A stretch of DNA of 64,000 nucleotides from Haliotis rubra (Eukaryota). The stretch lies in assembly GCF_003918875.1 (NCBI RefSeq), contig NW_025765292.1, forward strand, positions 868,001-932,000, read 5' to 3'. The notes beneath the pieces were generated by a model, which was given only the letters and a program-made list of their open reading frames with translations, made no database searches and was not told the origin of the DNA. Of this stretch, positions 13,065-27,479 are shown piece after piece. A program made the position numbers and the translations under genes. Position 1 is the stretch's first letter, and the number at the start of each line of letters is the position of its first letter.

Positions 13065-13580
13065 TTGGGATCTGCCTCACATATCTGCCAAGTTTTGCTG
13101 AAAGATATTGAGAAGTTTTCGAGTTGTGCTCCGGAAACGAAGCCCACCCCTCACTTTTGGGACTAAGTCCGAATCGTTTCCATGGAAACCGGGAATAATA
13201 AAAATGCCAAAAATCTGCAAATAGCAAAAGGCACAACTTTAGGATCTGTTTGATATACCTACCAAGTTTTGTTGAAAAATATTACACGGTTTTTGAGTTG
13301 TGTTCCGAAACGAAAGCAATCCTTACTTTTTGAGACTAAGTCCAAAATGTTTCCATGGAAACCAAGAAAAATAAAAATGACAAAAATCTGCAAATAGCAA
13401 AAGGCACCACTTAAGGATCTGTTTGATATATCTACCAAGTTTTGTTGAAAATATTGAACGGTTCTTGAGTTATGCCCGAAACGGCTTCCACCCTTCTTTT
13501 AAGACTAAGTCCAAAAACGTTTCCATGGAAACCGAGAAAATAAAATGAAAATAATCTGTAAATAGCAAAAGGCACCACCT
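13065..13580. repeat. ~170-bp tandem repeat x3, probably the internal array of a Helentron-associated/pearl-like element
   Basis: Recurring CCAAGTTTTG..., GACTAAGTCC, TTTCCATGGAAACC and CAAATAGCAAAAGGCAC, next to the (GT)n tract. The element-class assignment is inference. Confidence 0.7.
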
Positions 13581-13684
13581 ATAAAAAATCAATACTCAAC
13601 AGAATGAGGATACGGACTTCGTTGTGGTAGGTTTAGATTTTATTATCTTCGTGTTGTCATGCGGTACTGTTGTACATATCTCAC

Positions 13685-13725
<41 letters not shown>

Positions 13726-15749
13726 ACCAACAACAACAACACAAAATAAATAAATAAATAGAAAATTAAAAATAAAACCCAAAAATCTAGATTGTGCCTT
13801 CATTCTGGTGGACTGAATAGACTGGTTTACCTGATCCTCTCTGTACTTGGGTTGGAGGCCCTGGGCAGGGTACCTGTTAATGGACTAAGGCCTACAGCAA
13901 AACATCACTGGTCTAACACATATACAACCACTCCCACTCTAATGGCAATAACAGAAAGATACATGGTATGTTGACAGTCTTTATTTGAGCATACCGGTTG
14001 CAAGATGGTAACCATAAGCAGCCACGATACACTACAATATTGCAAGAAATAGCACAGGCCTCGACCCTCGTTAGATGTACAGTTCTATCTACTGTGGTGT
14101 GGACCGACCGATGCTCACAGTGTATACTGGCTTGAGCAGTGTTAGTCTCACACCTACCGTTGTTAGTTCATATTTTCACTTGTCCCTCGTGTTCCCTATC
14201 ACCCAGCTACAATGTACAAAAACAACAGATTTTGGATAGGATTCTAACATATTGCAACACGTTGTGTTGGTGAGTATGATGGTACAATATTTTAGAAATT
14301 TCACTGTTGTGAACACCATAAAAGGGCTTGGAAGCATTGTACCCATGTGGGAAATAGAAGCCTGTCTTCCATGTGACAAGCTAATACTTTAACCACTACA
14401 CTATACCACCTCCCAACCATTGCAATTAACAAAGAAATCATTTGATTGTTTGATCAGAATTCTGTCTGTAGTATATAAACAGATCTGAATCATATGATCT
14501 GCTCAAAATGACAAGGGTGTGGATCTAGTATGTCTCACATTTTGTCATAGTAGCATCTAGAGTAGATTGGAAGCTAATCCAAGTGTTCCTCCTTTGAGAT
14601 ACACAATTCAGAACATCTGATCAGGACCACTAGAGTCTCAAATCCAAAACATATCCTGTAGCAGCTGAACATAACAGGACACACACTGATTCATATCTAG
14701 CCCTTTGTGTCCATGTTGAGAAGCTTCCACACAACTGTTCAATTCTCTTAAGTACACCACAAGCATTCATATCAATCTGTCATGTAATCAAATGAAAGAG
14801 TGAAGGTGTGGTTATTGATGCTATATGCTGGCTGAATTTCCATATATTGTTCCACTCAATTTGGACCAGCAAATGTGTGGATGTATGTGACCAATGACAC
14901 ACAAGAAAGAGAGGTTCAGAAAGTGTGTAGCGAGTGTCTTGGTCATGAATTGGAGAGAATGTTTCATGTCACCTTTATGACACTTTAAACCATGTCATGG
15001 TGGGGAAACCAATTATTGGCTTCACATTTTAATCAGGGAAAGAATCAAACCTGGGTGATATGGCTTTAACCACTGGGCCATCTCAACACCCCTCAAGAAT
15101 TTGTGAAGATGATTGGCTGAACATAAGGCATGACTATGGAACAAAGGTTACAGAACAATTATCAGGAAGTTGATAACTTCAGTCATAACCGTGTTTACCA
15201 AGCTTATATATCTGTGCAGGTTCACTCTTTCTGAACATTTATCAGTTGTTTCTTACAATTATTGCTGTTCTCAACCTTCATAACTTCAACTAAATCTTTA
15301 GATATTAACATGATGAACTGGTCTATCCTGAATGTCTTGCAGTCCAGACAAATGTTGTTGATTCAGATACAAACAATGAACAAGTCATGAAAATAAATAA
15401 GATTAACAAGGAAATAATCACATCTATCTCTACAGCTCGGAATTAGGTTTTCTACAAACTATATAAGAACAGAGTGCTTTAAAACCTTGCGAGAACTATG
15501 TCTATGAAAGGAATGACTAGCCATGGTCTACACTAGTAGTAAAGACTGACGTCCCCATCACACACCCAATGCAGTCCCATTCATCATTCATGAAGGATGT
15601 TTAACTGAAATGTGACATGATATCCTTTAAATAACACTGTAAATCTGCAAATAATTTAACCCAAGTGAAAGAAAATATCAGTGTTCATGTTGACTGGATG
15701 TGTTGTCACAGATCTGCGTCCGGAACAGAGCAGCTCCTCCAGTAAGAGT

Positions 15750-18700
15750 CTAGAAACCCTCCTCAGTATCAGCAACTCGGCTGGTCTTGAAGTGGGAGAA
15801 CCGTGAGATGACATGGTCAATGCTGTGTTCACCATGAACCTTGTTGTCTCGGCTACGCACGTTTACAGTCTTGTTTTCTTTCTCCTTTTCGCCAACAACT
15901 GTGGAGATTAGCATCAATATTGATAAGATTCAGTTTAAACTGACACCATTCTTGTTTAATGACAATGTTTGTTTAAAGTGAGTATGACTTACACAGCTAT
16001 TAGGATGCTCTTGTCATATTAACTATCTAGACTGGACTTCACACTTTGTACCATGAGTGAAACCTACCACCTACACAACTGGGGTGCATCATTCAAAGTT
16101 CAGGACTTTAGTGATGTCAGATGTTATTTCCTTGTGATAGGGAATCTTATTGATAACAACTTTATTACATTATATCCCTTGTTGTATGTTAATCAAACTT
16201 CTAAATGCTCATCAAACTTTTATGTGGTTGCCAAAAGTTTGAGAATTCAACACAATTTCACAACAAAGGAGTCAAATACAACTTAAAAGAAACCTCGACA
16301 TGAATTAATCACGAAGAAACTATATGATCAATCACGCTGACCAAGCATAGATGTAAGTGACAATGGCACTGATCTGCAATGTAAGATTCAGGACATAAGC
16401 AGCACTTACCAAAGATGAAGTTATATTGGTTCAGCTGAGCATTCCTCACTTTCTTGTTGAGAGTAGCACCGGTGTCCAGATCGGTCTCACACACAAACCC
16501 AGCTGAGTGAATCTGTCTCTTCACCTAGAGACCACAAAGTGAGTGAGTTAAGTTTTACGCTGATTTAAGCAATATTCCAGCAATATCACGGCGGGGGACT
16601 CCAGTAATGGGCTTCACACATTGTACCCATGTGGGGATTTGAACCCAGGACTTCGGCATAACGAGTGAACGGTTTAACCACTAGACTCACCCCACCCCAC
16701 CCCCCACACACAACAGAGAAGACAGAAAGTATTACAAAGGCAACCAACACTGACACCTCAATAGCTGACTTGTCCATCAGTGTCTGATCAGGGACTGGGA
16801 GGCAATGATACAATCAGCTACCATCTTCAGGTTTGTCTGACAATTTGGTAGAACTACAAAACATTCATACTTCTCACTTGACATTTGTGCTCTGCAGGTC
16901 TACAGGAACACATTGATGTGTTTATGGAGCACAGACTTCACATAATGGCTTTGAGTAAGTGAGTGAGTGAATGAGTATGGTTTTACTATACTTTTAGTTT
17001 TAGCAATATTCCATCACGGCGGGAAGACACCAGGGCTTAACACATTGCACCTACGTTGGGAATCGAACCCCGGACTTTGGCATGACGAGTGAAGGCTTAA
17101 CCACTAGGCTAGCACATCACCTCCATAATGGCTTTGAGTTAGTGATATAACTGACACACAACATACAGTCACAGCCAAGACACTCGGTGTAACCATCTGA
17201 TTTACATTGAGCATGGGGGACACACATCCTGCCCCATATCTTCATCCTGTTGTTGGTGTTGACAGTTACATGATCAAGACAGAAAGAGGCATGTGAAAAA
17301 CTTGACATGTGAATAAAACATTTGAATATAAATGCCAATTTGTTGAAATGAGAGTTACCTCGTTTGCGTAGTCGTCGAAGGCAGGCGCAACAGGAATGAC
17401 ACAGGACTGGCGGGGTGAAAGCCAGAAGGGCCTGAAACACACAGGTGTAGACAACATGAGATCAACATGGACATGACAAAGTCTACAGTCTACCTCCTAG
17501 TATTTCCTTATTGAGTTCCAAAATGTCTCTTGGAACATTTACTGCTGAAATGACATTATGAACTAAGAGCACCAGAATTCCACTGAGACAATTGTACAAA
17601 CAATCTTTTGGGTATTTGTAAATTGTCTCGGGTACAAATTAATTATCAACAAAACTTTGAAGTGATCTTATTCATTAACCATAATTTCCCCAATAGATAT
17701 ATAATGCAGTGAAGAACGTCTCACCATTTGCCCCCGTAGTTTTCACACAAGATGGCAATCATCCTCTCCACAGACCCGAGGATAGCACGGTGGATGATGA
17801 CAGGCTTGTCTTTCTCTCCGTGCTCACTGGAAACAGGAAGTAGAAGGTAAAATAGTCACACATATATAATGTTGACATGACATGTAAAAACAGGTGCAAA
17901 TGTTGCATCCATATTCAATGGAACCTGACAACTATTGACATACCTAGCAGTTCAAAGTAAGATGTTCAGACATTAAACACATACAGGTACATAAAGGTAC
18001 CGGTCTATGAATTCAGGTAAAGGAAATCACCACACCATGATCTCGTCAATTTCAGTAAAGATGACTGACGCAGCATATGAAGTTCACATAATCGAATGGT
18101 TGCCATCTTTCAGTTTACTTAAAGCCTGTGTGAACATGTAGGAGGTGAGGTGAAATTGGGTTTAACGTCGTACTTGAGAATATTTCGCTCATATGACGAC
18201 GTGCATGCGCGTGTATGTGTATGTGTGGCTGCTTGTACTAGCCCAGACAGAAGCTGGTTTTATAGTGCTAGCCCACTGAGATACCATGCCGCAGTGAAGC
18301 ATGAATACCCCACTCAGACACATTATACTGACTCCGAGCCGACCAGTCCTTGTTGTACCCATTAATGCCGAGCACCAGGCAGGGACCAACAAGTACCATA
18401 TTTTAATGTATTTTGGTATGACGTGGTCGGGGACATGTAGGAATACGTACATTTTGTGACACAGTTGATGTATGATTTGCCACCTACTTGACGTATCCTA
18501 GGTTGAACCTGTTGGGTAGCTGGAAGTCCAGCTGGATGGTGGCACATTGGTGGGCTCTACGCAGGGCGTCCAGGATGGTGATGTCGATCTGAAACATGAG
18601 AAGTCTCACATAGAGAATCATGGTATACGTTATCAACGTGTGTTAAGATATTTTATATTAAAAAAACATGAGGAAAAGACGCTATTTAACATCCAACGCC

Positions 18701-21700
18701 ATTATTTTGAACTTTTCCGGTTTGTAAAAAGAAATAAGCAGTTTCTTGTAAAAAGTACTGCAAACAGGGCCGTATTACACCACTGATCATAGCATAAGGA
18801 CTATCTTACACCCCATGCTATAACATAGACCTAGAGTGTTGCAGTGTAACAGGGCACAGCTTCAGTGACTGAGACCAGTGATGTCATCAGAGTCTGACAT
18901 GGAAACCTATGGCATTACAATGGGGAGCAAAGCATTGAGCCACAATTTCCAATGCCATCCTGCTTGACCACTCAAGCACAATATGTGGCAGCCACTTTTG
19001 GATTCAGACAGCAAGTGAGAGGATGTGTTATTCTAGTTTTCTCCAGCAGCCTGTAAATAGCTGTGTGTTGGCTATGTAATTGAGTGACAGCTTGGAGATT
19101 TTTCCAAGCAGTCAGCGACTAATACACTAATTCATAGCTGGCAACTTCCTGTCTTCATCGTACTCAGTCCAGGAATCCCCCCAGCATCTCAGTGTGTCAG
19201 AGAGCCTATTTCCCACTGATCAAGCACATCTAAGGTAGCCTGTCTAACCTACTCACCTTGGGCCCATAGAAGGCTCCATCACCCGGGTTCAGTTCCCATT
19301 TGTCAGTGAACTTGTCCAAACTCTCAGACAGTTGCTGCAACAAAATCAGTTTTCATTACAAAACATGCCACTGGGATTCTGTAAATATTCTGTATTTTCA
19401 CACAAGTCCCTACACATCATTTCAACAAGAAATGTTCCATGTTTCAGGGGATTATAAGATGAACTAACCTTCTCAGCATCGTTCCACACTTCGATGTCGC
19501 CAAGGAACTTCTCCGGCCTAGTGGACAGCTTCAGCTGGAAGCTGAACCCGAATATTCCATACACATGCTTTAGGAAGTCGAGACATCCCTCGATCTCCTC
19601 CTTGATCTGAAACACACCCACACATGATCCGTCAGTGAGTTTGTGACTGTTGTCACATGGCAGCAGATGATGGAGATGCTCCATAAATAGGGACCAAGTA
19701 AGGCCTTAACCATTGATCCATTGCCATTTATTACAAGTTCATCATGAATGACATATCTTTTCTCATTATACAGCAGTACACATGGTAATAGCCAGACTCT
19801 CCACACACCTGGTCAAATCTGCAGAAGATATGGGCATCATCCTGCTGGAACCGCCTCACTCTGGTCAGCCCCGACAGTGCCCCAGACAACTCATTACGAT
19901 GGAGGACACCAAAGTCTGCCATTCTGAGGGGGAGCTCTCGCCATGACCGGTTCCGATGGTCGAACATCAAACTATACATGAACATATAATTCAACTTTAT
20001 TTTGGATTAATTTATTAAAATCGTCTTTGTTACAAAATGTTGTCAAATTGTATTGAAAGTTTAAAATATCATACAGAAGTTATTCTGTCAAGCACTCACC
20101 AATGACCAGGGCAGTTCATAGGCTTCAATGCAAAGGTCTCTTTTTCAACTTCAAATTGGAACATATTTTCCTGAAAATAAAATTAAAACATGAACACTCA
20201 TCCTCTTTTTCTATAATGATATTTGTTGATTCCAAGTGACCTTTATACAACAAAACTATTCCATCGTGTCAGTTAGACTACATTAACATTTTTCCATTTA
20301 TAACTATGTTACCATGGTTACAGGCAAGTACTTACAGCATAATGCTGCCAGTGACCCGACTGCTCCCACAACTTGCTGTTGTATATATTGGGCGACACCA
20401 CTTCCTGGAAACCTCTCTTTAAGTACTCAGACTGAAACAAGAATAGAAGACCATACATATATTGTCTAGGTGAGGTGATGATGATTTTCATGGAGGAGCA
20501 TGTACAATGTGAATGACGCCCCCTAAATTTATGTACAAAGTAAGTGACACCCCCACCCCCCACATGTACAAAATTAATGACCCCACCTTCCCATAATTTT
20601 TATGCATATTCTTAAAATATTTTTATGTACAAAATTGCTGACCCCCCCAGTTAATTTGTACAAAATTGCTGCCCCCCCTCCCAGAACAAAATGGGTGACC
20701 CCTCTTATAATCATCATCACACCACCCACCCACCCACCTAGCCATAGATTATGAACAGTCCCTCAACAACTTGATTCTTGCATATTACTACAGATAATCT
20801 GTAATTCAAAGCTACTTGCAGCAAAGGGGACTTGAATCTCAGTCTCCAGATACTCACTCACCTTGATAAACTCTACAAGTGTGTTATATATGAAAGCTCC
20901 TTTAGGTAAGAAGAAACAGCTTCCCGGGGCTCAATTCATGGAAGAAAAATAACTCTTGTTCCTGAAAGACAAATCAAACAGAGTTTCAACAGCTTATAGG
21001 GCCAGTATGGTTACCGCTACAGCTGACCAATCATAATTTACAACCAGGGCAGATATGGGATTTGAACCTGCGACCATACAGAGACACAACTCAGCACATT
21101 GGCTTGCGGCACTAAAGCCAGACAGTTTTCCCATAAGTATGTTGTAGGTAGGTACTGAGCTGTTCCCACCTTTCCAATCTTGCGGTGGTCCCTCTTGGCA
21201 GCCTCTGCCTGGAAGTGTTCCCACTCCTTCAGTTGTTTGTTGTCGGGGAACGAGATGCCGTAGATCCTCTGTAGAGACTCAGCGTCTGCCTTCCCTTCCC
21301 AGTAGGTGGAGGAATTCTGATGACAATAAGCGGTACATCATACATGATGTGGGGAGCAGGATGAGGTTGGGAACATAACACACAGTTTTAAGGCCAACTA
21401 ATGTAATAATTAACAGAGGGTCTGGATGAGTGGGTCAGCTAATGGCCGACAGTGTGAGCCATTACCCGTCTCCTCAGGTCACAATGACACATAAGACACA
21501 CTTTACAAACTGGCTCAGGACAGAAACTCTCACCTTGGTGACCTTCATGGCCTTGATCTTGCCAGTATGTCTAACATGTGGTCCCCGACATAAATCAATT
21601 AAAGGTCCGCATCTAAAAACAGAACAAAGTCAAGTTGAAACTCAAGTCCTCAACACAAGTCACTAAAAGGTCTGCATCTAAACACAAAGAAAGTACCTTA

Positions 21701-24700
21701 GCATCTTTAAGATTCACAAACAAGTCAAAAAGTACCGAGTTTCTAGAATCTCAGAGGCACATGTAGCAGATGTGGTGTTCCCTCAGTCAGAGGACTTTCC
21801 ACAAATACAGCATTGTGATGCAGCAGTACCATCAGTACTTCAGGATGCCACAGTCATGTGACTGTTTACCTACTGTGCCTGACAAGACAGCTTGGGTTGG
21901 ATACTCCCAGGGAGCTGACAACAGGGCACACTAATCCAGGGTAATGGATTACCCAATGTGACCTGGGCCATGATATTAGAACTTGGCACAGTGAGCATGC
22001 ATTGAGTACATAAAAGTACACACATCATCATCATCATCATCATCACCATCATCATTGTTGTTACAGATTGGTCTAACAGACAAATGCAGAAAGAGAAAAA
22101 AAGCAATGCCTACTTATATACAGTGGTGGTGGGAGTGGTCACTCTTTCATTAAGAATCCTCTGCTTAAATTTGTTATACTGAAACAGAAAATACACCGGC
22201 AATTAAATATAGTACTAATTTCAAGGAATGTTTGAAATCAGAGAAAGATGCCTAATTACCCTGATATAAACACGAGCTGTTCAAAGTATCACTCTTAACA
22301 TCTCCATTGGTAATCTATAATGAACTACCTGATAGATATATCAAAATATAGAAGTCTCACATCGAACATCTTCAGTAGATCTTCTTTTTTCATTTCTAGC
22401 CTCTCAAAGGGTTGCTTTTCCTTGACAACCTGCTTGACAACGCCTTCAAGACAGGGAAGTCATTGCTTGATACTTGTCTGAAGGGAAAGATCAATCAACA
22501 ACAAATCAACACACAATTCAGCTATCAAATTTCAGTTTATAGGGGCAGTCTATAGTTTATAGGGAAACAGGACCACATGTAAGTGGTGGATGTTGTATAA
22601 CAGGTTTAACAAGGCAATCAGCCATATTCCAGCAGTTTTAAACAGCCGAACCCAGATCTTCATGAGGTCATCAGTGAACATGTTGAATGATGAGATAAGC
22701 AAAGAGCCAGGTGTACAATCTATACAAAATGGGGGGGATAAGTCAACCAAAGAATCCCCACAAGATCACAGAGTCAATATTGTATCATGTTTACCTACAC
22801 CAATACCACCGAGTTAACACTTGTCAACAGACCACACAGGTTGGACCTACCTGTCCTCCAGGTACATGTCATAGTAGAATCCATTCTCTACAGGTGGACC
22901 GTAACATAGATGGCCGCCGTAGTGGCACTCCATGGCCTCGCCCAGGATGTGGGCACTGGAGTGCCAGAACACGTACTGACCTGAAGCGAGGAACAGTAGT
23001 TGTGAATATACAAGACTGTCAGGTCTTCTAACTTGTTAAATGCGCCAAGTACACATTTCAGCACAGCCATAGTCATAGTAACCCCAAATAACTCCATTTT
23101 TATCAACTTTCAAGTAATGAAAACATACGAACCAAGTAGAAAGATTCTATTCATCTGAGGGGGTTATTTCACCAAGCTAAAAAATACTTCAGATTAGAAA
23201 GAGAGTGCCCTACATGCTTAATAGTATTACGATCCTTACCATCTGGGTTATCAAACTTGAGTAACTGCAGAGATGCATCCTGCTCCAGCGGCCGATCGAG
23301 GTCCCACAATTCTCCATTGACTTTAGCTATCACAGTGTTGTCTGCAAGACCCTGGCTGGAAAATACAGATATCAAATTGTCTCAAGAAAACCTCACATGT
23401 ATTTCACAATATGAGCAGATGGTTCAAGGTCCTTCAAAACTATTTCAACTCCATTTGTTATAACCACTGACCAAGATAACACAGCCAATAAAGTTGCTGT
23501 ATACTGGTAAACAGGGATGCACATTACACATGGTTTCATCTGGTGACGGAAATCTCACAGAGTAAAACATGATTAAATGGTGGGTTATTTTCCCAATACA
23601 CAGAAACAACCAAGCAGGTTGAAATAAGTGACATTCCACATATTCCATGTAAGAGTTGTATCACTGCTATAACATCATCCCATTACCTGATTCCCTTGGC
23701 AACATCATATGGTGAAGTTCTCCAGGACTCTCCCTCAACAACCTTGCCATCAGGTAGCGTGATTTTGATTGGCTGGGGAGTTTGAGCTGCCACCCAATCA
23801 TCATGCTCTTTCTTTAGTTTTGCCCACAATTCCTCTCTGTGTGCAATAAACTCTGGTGGAGGGTCAAGCTGAAATAAATCTCAACGTTGATAAACACGAA
23901 AGAGTCACTTAAACGCACATAAATTTGACCGTTTTCTTCAAATACGTTTACTTGCACTTGTGGCCATCATTATGAAGATGCCATTCATTTTCTATTTATC
24001 TGTCCAAATTTTAATACAATTCGATCGAAGTGTTTCTATTACATAAATGGTTTTAATATTCAATCTGTACTATGTGGAAGTTACTCATATTCTGACAAAA
24101 TCAATGAAAATATTGTAAAATCTGTACATGACTACTTTACCTTAACAAAACGATTTTTTACCTAATTGATTAATTATACTACTGTCTTTTTCATTAAGTC
24201 TTTTAGTCCTCAAATGGTGTGTTCTCTTGTCTGTAATGATGAATGTATATAAAATGTTTCCCATCGCATTGTATTCGGAGAGGTATTTTTATAGGCTTAT
24301 AGCCTGTTTACCAATCCGTTCATTTAATAATGAATAAATATTGTTTAAATCGAAAGAGTCAGGTGGGTGGGATTTAAAGTGGCTTTTACCAATATCCCAG
24401 GTAGGCAAGTAATCTTACATTGCATTATCCATGGGACAATAAATGTTTAAAGGGAATACTGTATAAATACCTTTTGAATATTGATACTGAATTTATATTT
24501 CACTGCCATAGAAACATGAACATGTACTACGATTACAATGGTTCATATAAAGCATTAAGTTTCAGGTCAACACAGTTTTCATCTATACACATACAGAATA
24601 AATAATCTTATCAGTATATTGATATATTGTGATACTTGTTACTCCATGTTTTGATAATACTGGGACATCATATAAATATGCTTAACACATTGTACATAAT

Positions 24701-27245
24701 AGCCTAACCACCTGGATACCTCACCAACCCCAAACTCAGAGGCCAGTAGAAATATTTCCACAACAATGCTGTATAACATTATGTTCCCGAAACATATACA
24801 GTGGAAGCCCTCTAAACCAGCAGCCCTCTAAACCAGCATGCTCTCTATATTGGCACTAGAATTTGGTCCCGACAGAAGTTAGTTAATTTATGATAATTTA
24901 CACGCCCCTCTAATCCGGCGTCAGTCTATTCCGTATTTCAGCACAACAAAGACCGCCCAATTGACTGTTTGTACAGTACTTGTCACCCCCTAAACCGGCA
25001 TCCGGTATCTCGGTTATCCTGTTGATTGGCAGATTGGCTGAACGTGTATTAACATTAACAACACAATGGATTACTATCGGCATCAAGTTCAATGATGTTG
25101 CCTGATAAAAGGAGTATTGATAAGGATTGGGCCTAATTAGGTGAGGTAAATTGGTGAGTGACATGTGAACGAAGAATATGATGACTATCAACACGTTGTT
25201 CAGTCGTATTTTACAGCACACGGAAGATCAGCAGGTTGAAAAGTGAAAGGTTCTTTGAACCGGCACGCCGTCTATACCGGCATTTTTTGCCGGTCCCAAG
25301 AAATGCCTGTTTAGAAGGCTTCCGCTGTACACATGTATACAACACAGCGATAAATACTGTCTGTTGTTTTGATACTTATTGCAAATAATAGCAAATTCAT
25401 AATCAAGCTTCATTTTCACATTATCTCTCCTCCAACATATTCTATGACTGAATTTTCAACCAATTATCCTTCTTAGTCATGTTTAAAGAATTGTGTAATT
25501 GTAAGAAATTACAAAAATAGAAAGCACAATTCCTTTATCAATACATATCTATCAAGACAAACTGACTTCAGCATATTTTGCTATGACACATTCACACTAT
25601 GTTTGCAGTTTTTAACAGTTATATCTCCACAAAAGCAATCATAAATCATGATACACTGAAATCGATTTTCATACACAGGTAAGTCAACAAGCGAGCGGTG
25701 CACTTTACAGGGCACATCTCTTTACTGATCAGAACTGCATGGGCAATTGAACTCATGATACCACCCTGACATTAGACAAGGCTAATTAGTCAGAACATAG
25801 CACTATACATTAAATTCAATTTTATTAAAGCTCTATACATACAATTCTATTTTTCAGCTAATCAACATTCTGCTCATTTCAACATGCATATATTCAACAA
25901 TCTCCAGGAACACAAGCAAGTAATCAAATATTTACCTCTTTGGTATGAAAACATATACTTTCTGAGTCATTATTTTCAGATCATTCATCCTCCATTTGAG
26001 AGTTGTCACACAGTACTCACCCGAGGAGGGCGGGCTCCATCCCCTCCAGCTGAGCCCTTCTTCTTTGATTTCTGAAGACAATTTATGATTCTGTTAGCAG
26101 GATTAGAAACTAAAGCAGTTATGACTGTATCTATTATCAAGTACCAAGGAACCCGTTGAAATAATTGAAATTATTCAAAATGAAAAATATCCTTAATCAT
26201 GATAATGAACAAAAAGAAAAACTAAAACAATGATAGCAATAAACATAATTCAGAAATGATACACTTCTTGATCCCCATTAGCCTATACAGACTTCTGCCA
26301 GCTGTGACACGACTACATGTGTACATACAACCATAGCCCTGAGAACATGGCCAGAAAGTCAGTGCACTATACATCTTACCATGCTTTTGTCGTCTTCCAT
26401 GGCTGGTATTACTGAGTACAGGCAATATAACTATGTATTGATTAAGCTATAACCGAATGATCTACTGCTGATTTGTTCCTACTACAGCTGACTGGCTTGT
26501 TTATATAACAAGCAAGGTATCTTCCTGGCTGATGTAATATAACTGTAAGGTGTTCACTGAGCACAGGTTGTACTATCACACCTAGAACTAGATCAAGCAT
26601 AACAGACAAGTACTCAAAAGTACTATAGATGTGGCAGGTGTTACACCAAATAATAGCCAGTGGAAAGATATCAATATTATTGCACTAACACAACTTCATT
26701 CATATGAAACTCTGAGTGTAGTTAAATAACTCAAATGATGCATGTAAATAATGTTGTCCGATGGATAATCCCCAGCCAAATTCTGATGACTAAAGGTTTG
26801 AAAAAGTTAACTGCAAAAACATAGTTCCTTATTTTCACGGGCCTCACAACTTGAGTCTACACCGCCTGGTGGCTGATGCAACGCCTAACAATCAATGCGG
26901 GCGTGACGAAACAAACACGCAATGGCACGACCGCTTGTCACAGATCATATTTGAATGTCCATGCATATCCAGCAGGATCGTTAAGTTACCCACACTATCT
27001 ATGATGGAGCAAGCTTATTTACAGTATTTATGGGTATATTTCACCAGGCGCACACAAGTTGACACAACATAAACACACCATTCCCATGGCCCTGACATAG
27101 TTGAGTCCTATCTTCTTTCCTAAGCGGAATAAATTTATCCTGGAAATCATGATTTGCAGAACGTGATATATAATCAAAATCGTCGTGCCTGCTTCTTTCC
27201 AGATATATCCATCTTCTGAACCCCCTCCGCCACGTTGTCCGCCAT
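15750..27245 (-). CDS. TARS1: Threonine--tRNA ligase (cytoplasmic type), 20 coding exons
   Basis: Exons (minus): 27245-27189, 26071-26021, 23868-23687, 23355-23240, 22980-22851, 22477-22361, 22178-22114, 21612-21534, 21316-21170, 20961-20862, 20431-20336, 20170-20100, 19971-19809, 19606-19469, 19334-19257, 18588-18488, 17826-17725, 17431-17359, 16524-16410, 15898-15750. Translation is collinear with human TARS1: TGS ([16 protein letters not shown]), editing HSSAH and [16 protein letters not shown], motif 2 [34 protein letters not shown] and the anticodon domain. Two 1-nt homopolymer frameshifts (~22455, ~20925) are probably assembly errors. Exon 1 is the least certain. Confidence 0.97.
16539..16705 (-). 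mobile_element. SINE family A in TARS intron 18, tail abutting the 3' splice site
   Basis: Same body as 2389-2557; the (TCAC)n tail ends ~13 nt before the exon-19 acceptor. Confidence 0.85.
16952..17122 (-). mobile_element. SINE family A
   Basis: Diverged full-length copy with B box and (TCAC)n tail. Confidence 0.8.
18141..18440 (-). mobile_element. SINE family C (RUDI-like) in a TARS intron
   Basis: Second, longer copy of the 203-442 element. The ACATTATACTGACTCCGAGCCGACCAGTC core resembles mollusc RUDI-type SINEs (from recall, not searched). Confidence 0.7.
24799..25327. mobile_element. Tc1/mariner (pogo/Tigger-like) MITE in TARS intron 2
   Basis: TA|CAGTGGAAGCCCTCTAAAC ... GTTTAGAAGGCTTCCGCTG|TA, with internal reiterated CTCTAAACCGGCA motifs. 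Confidence 0.8.
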
Positions 27246-27479
27246 GCTTCTCTCTCGGTTGTACTTCAATATTATCTAGTTCCGGTTACCACTGTCACTG
27301 TAAGCTCATTCGTAAGGATCAATGAACGTATCTTTTCTACCACCAAGTCCGTTCGATATGTTAAGGGCAACGTTCTTTTTCAGTGACAATACAGACACAA
27401 CTAGGAACAGCAGCTGTGTAGCTTCGATCGTGTTGGGATGGAATATGTACACTATCAATGTCAACACAGTCTATGACAT

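Noticed and set aside
20862-22477. Frameshifts in TARS (~22455 one base missing, ~20925 one base extra) suggesting a pseudogene or recoding
   Set aside because: Both lie in short homopolymers, the gene is essential, and all splice sites and motifs are intact. The same error type recurs in the A2M-like gene, so uncorrected long-read indels are most likely.
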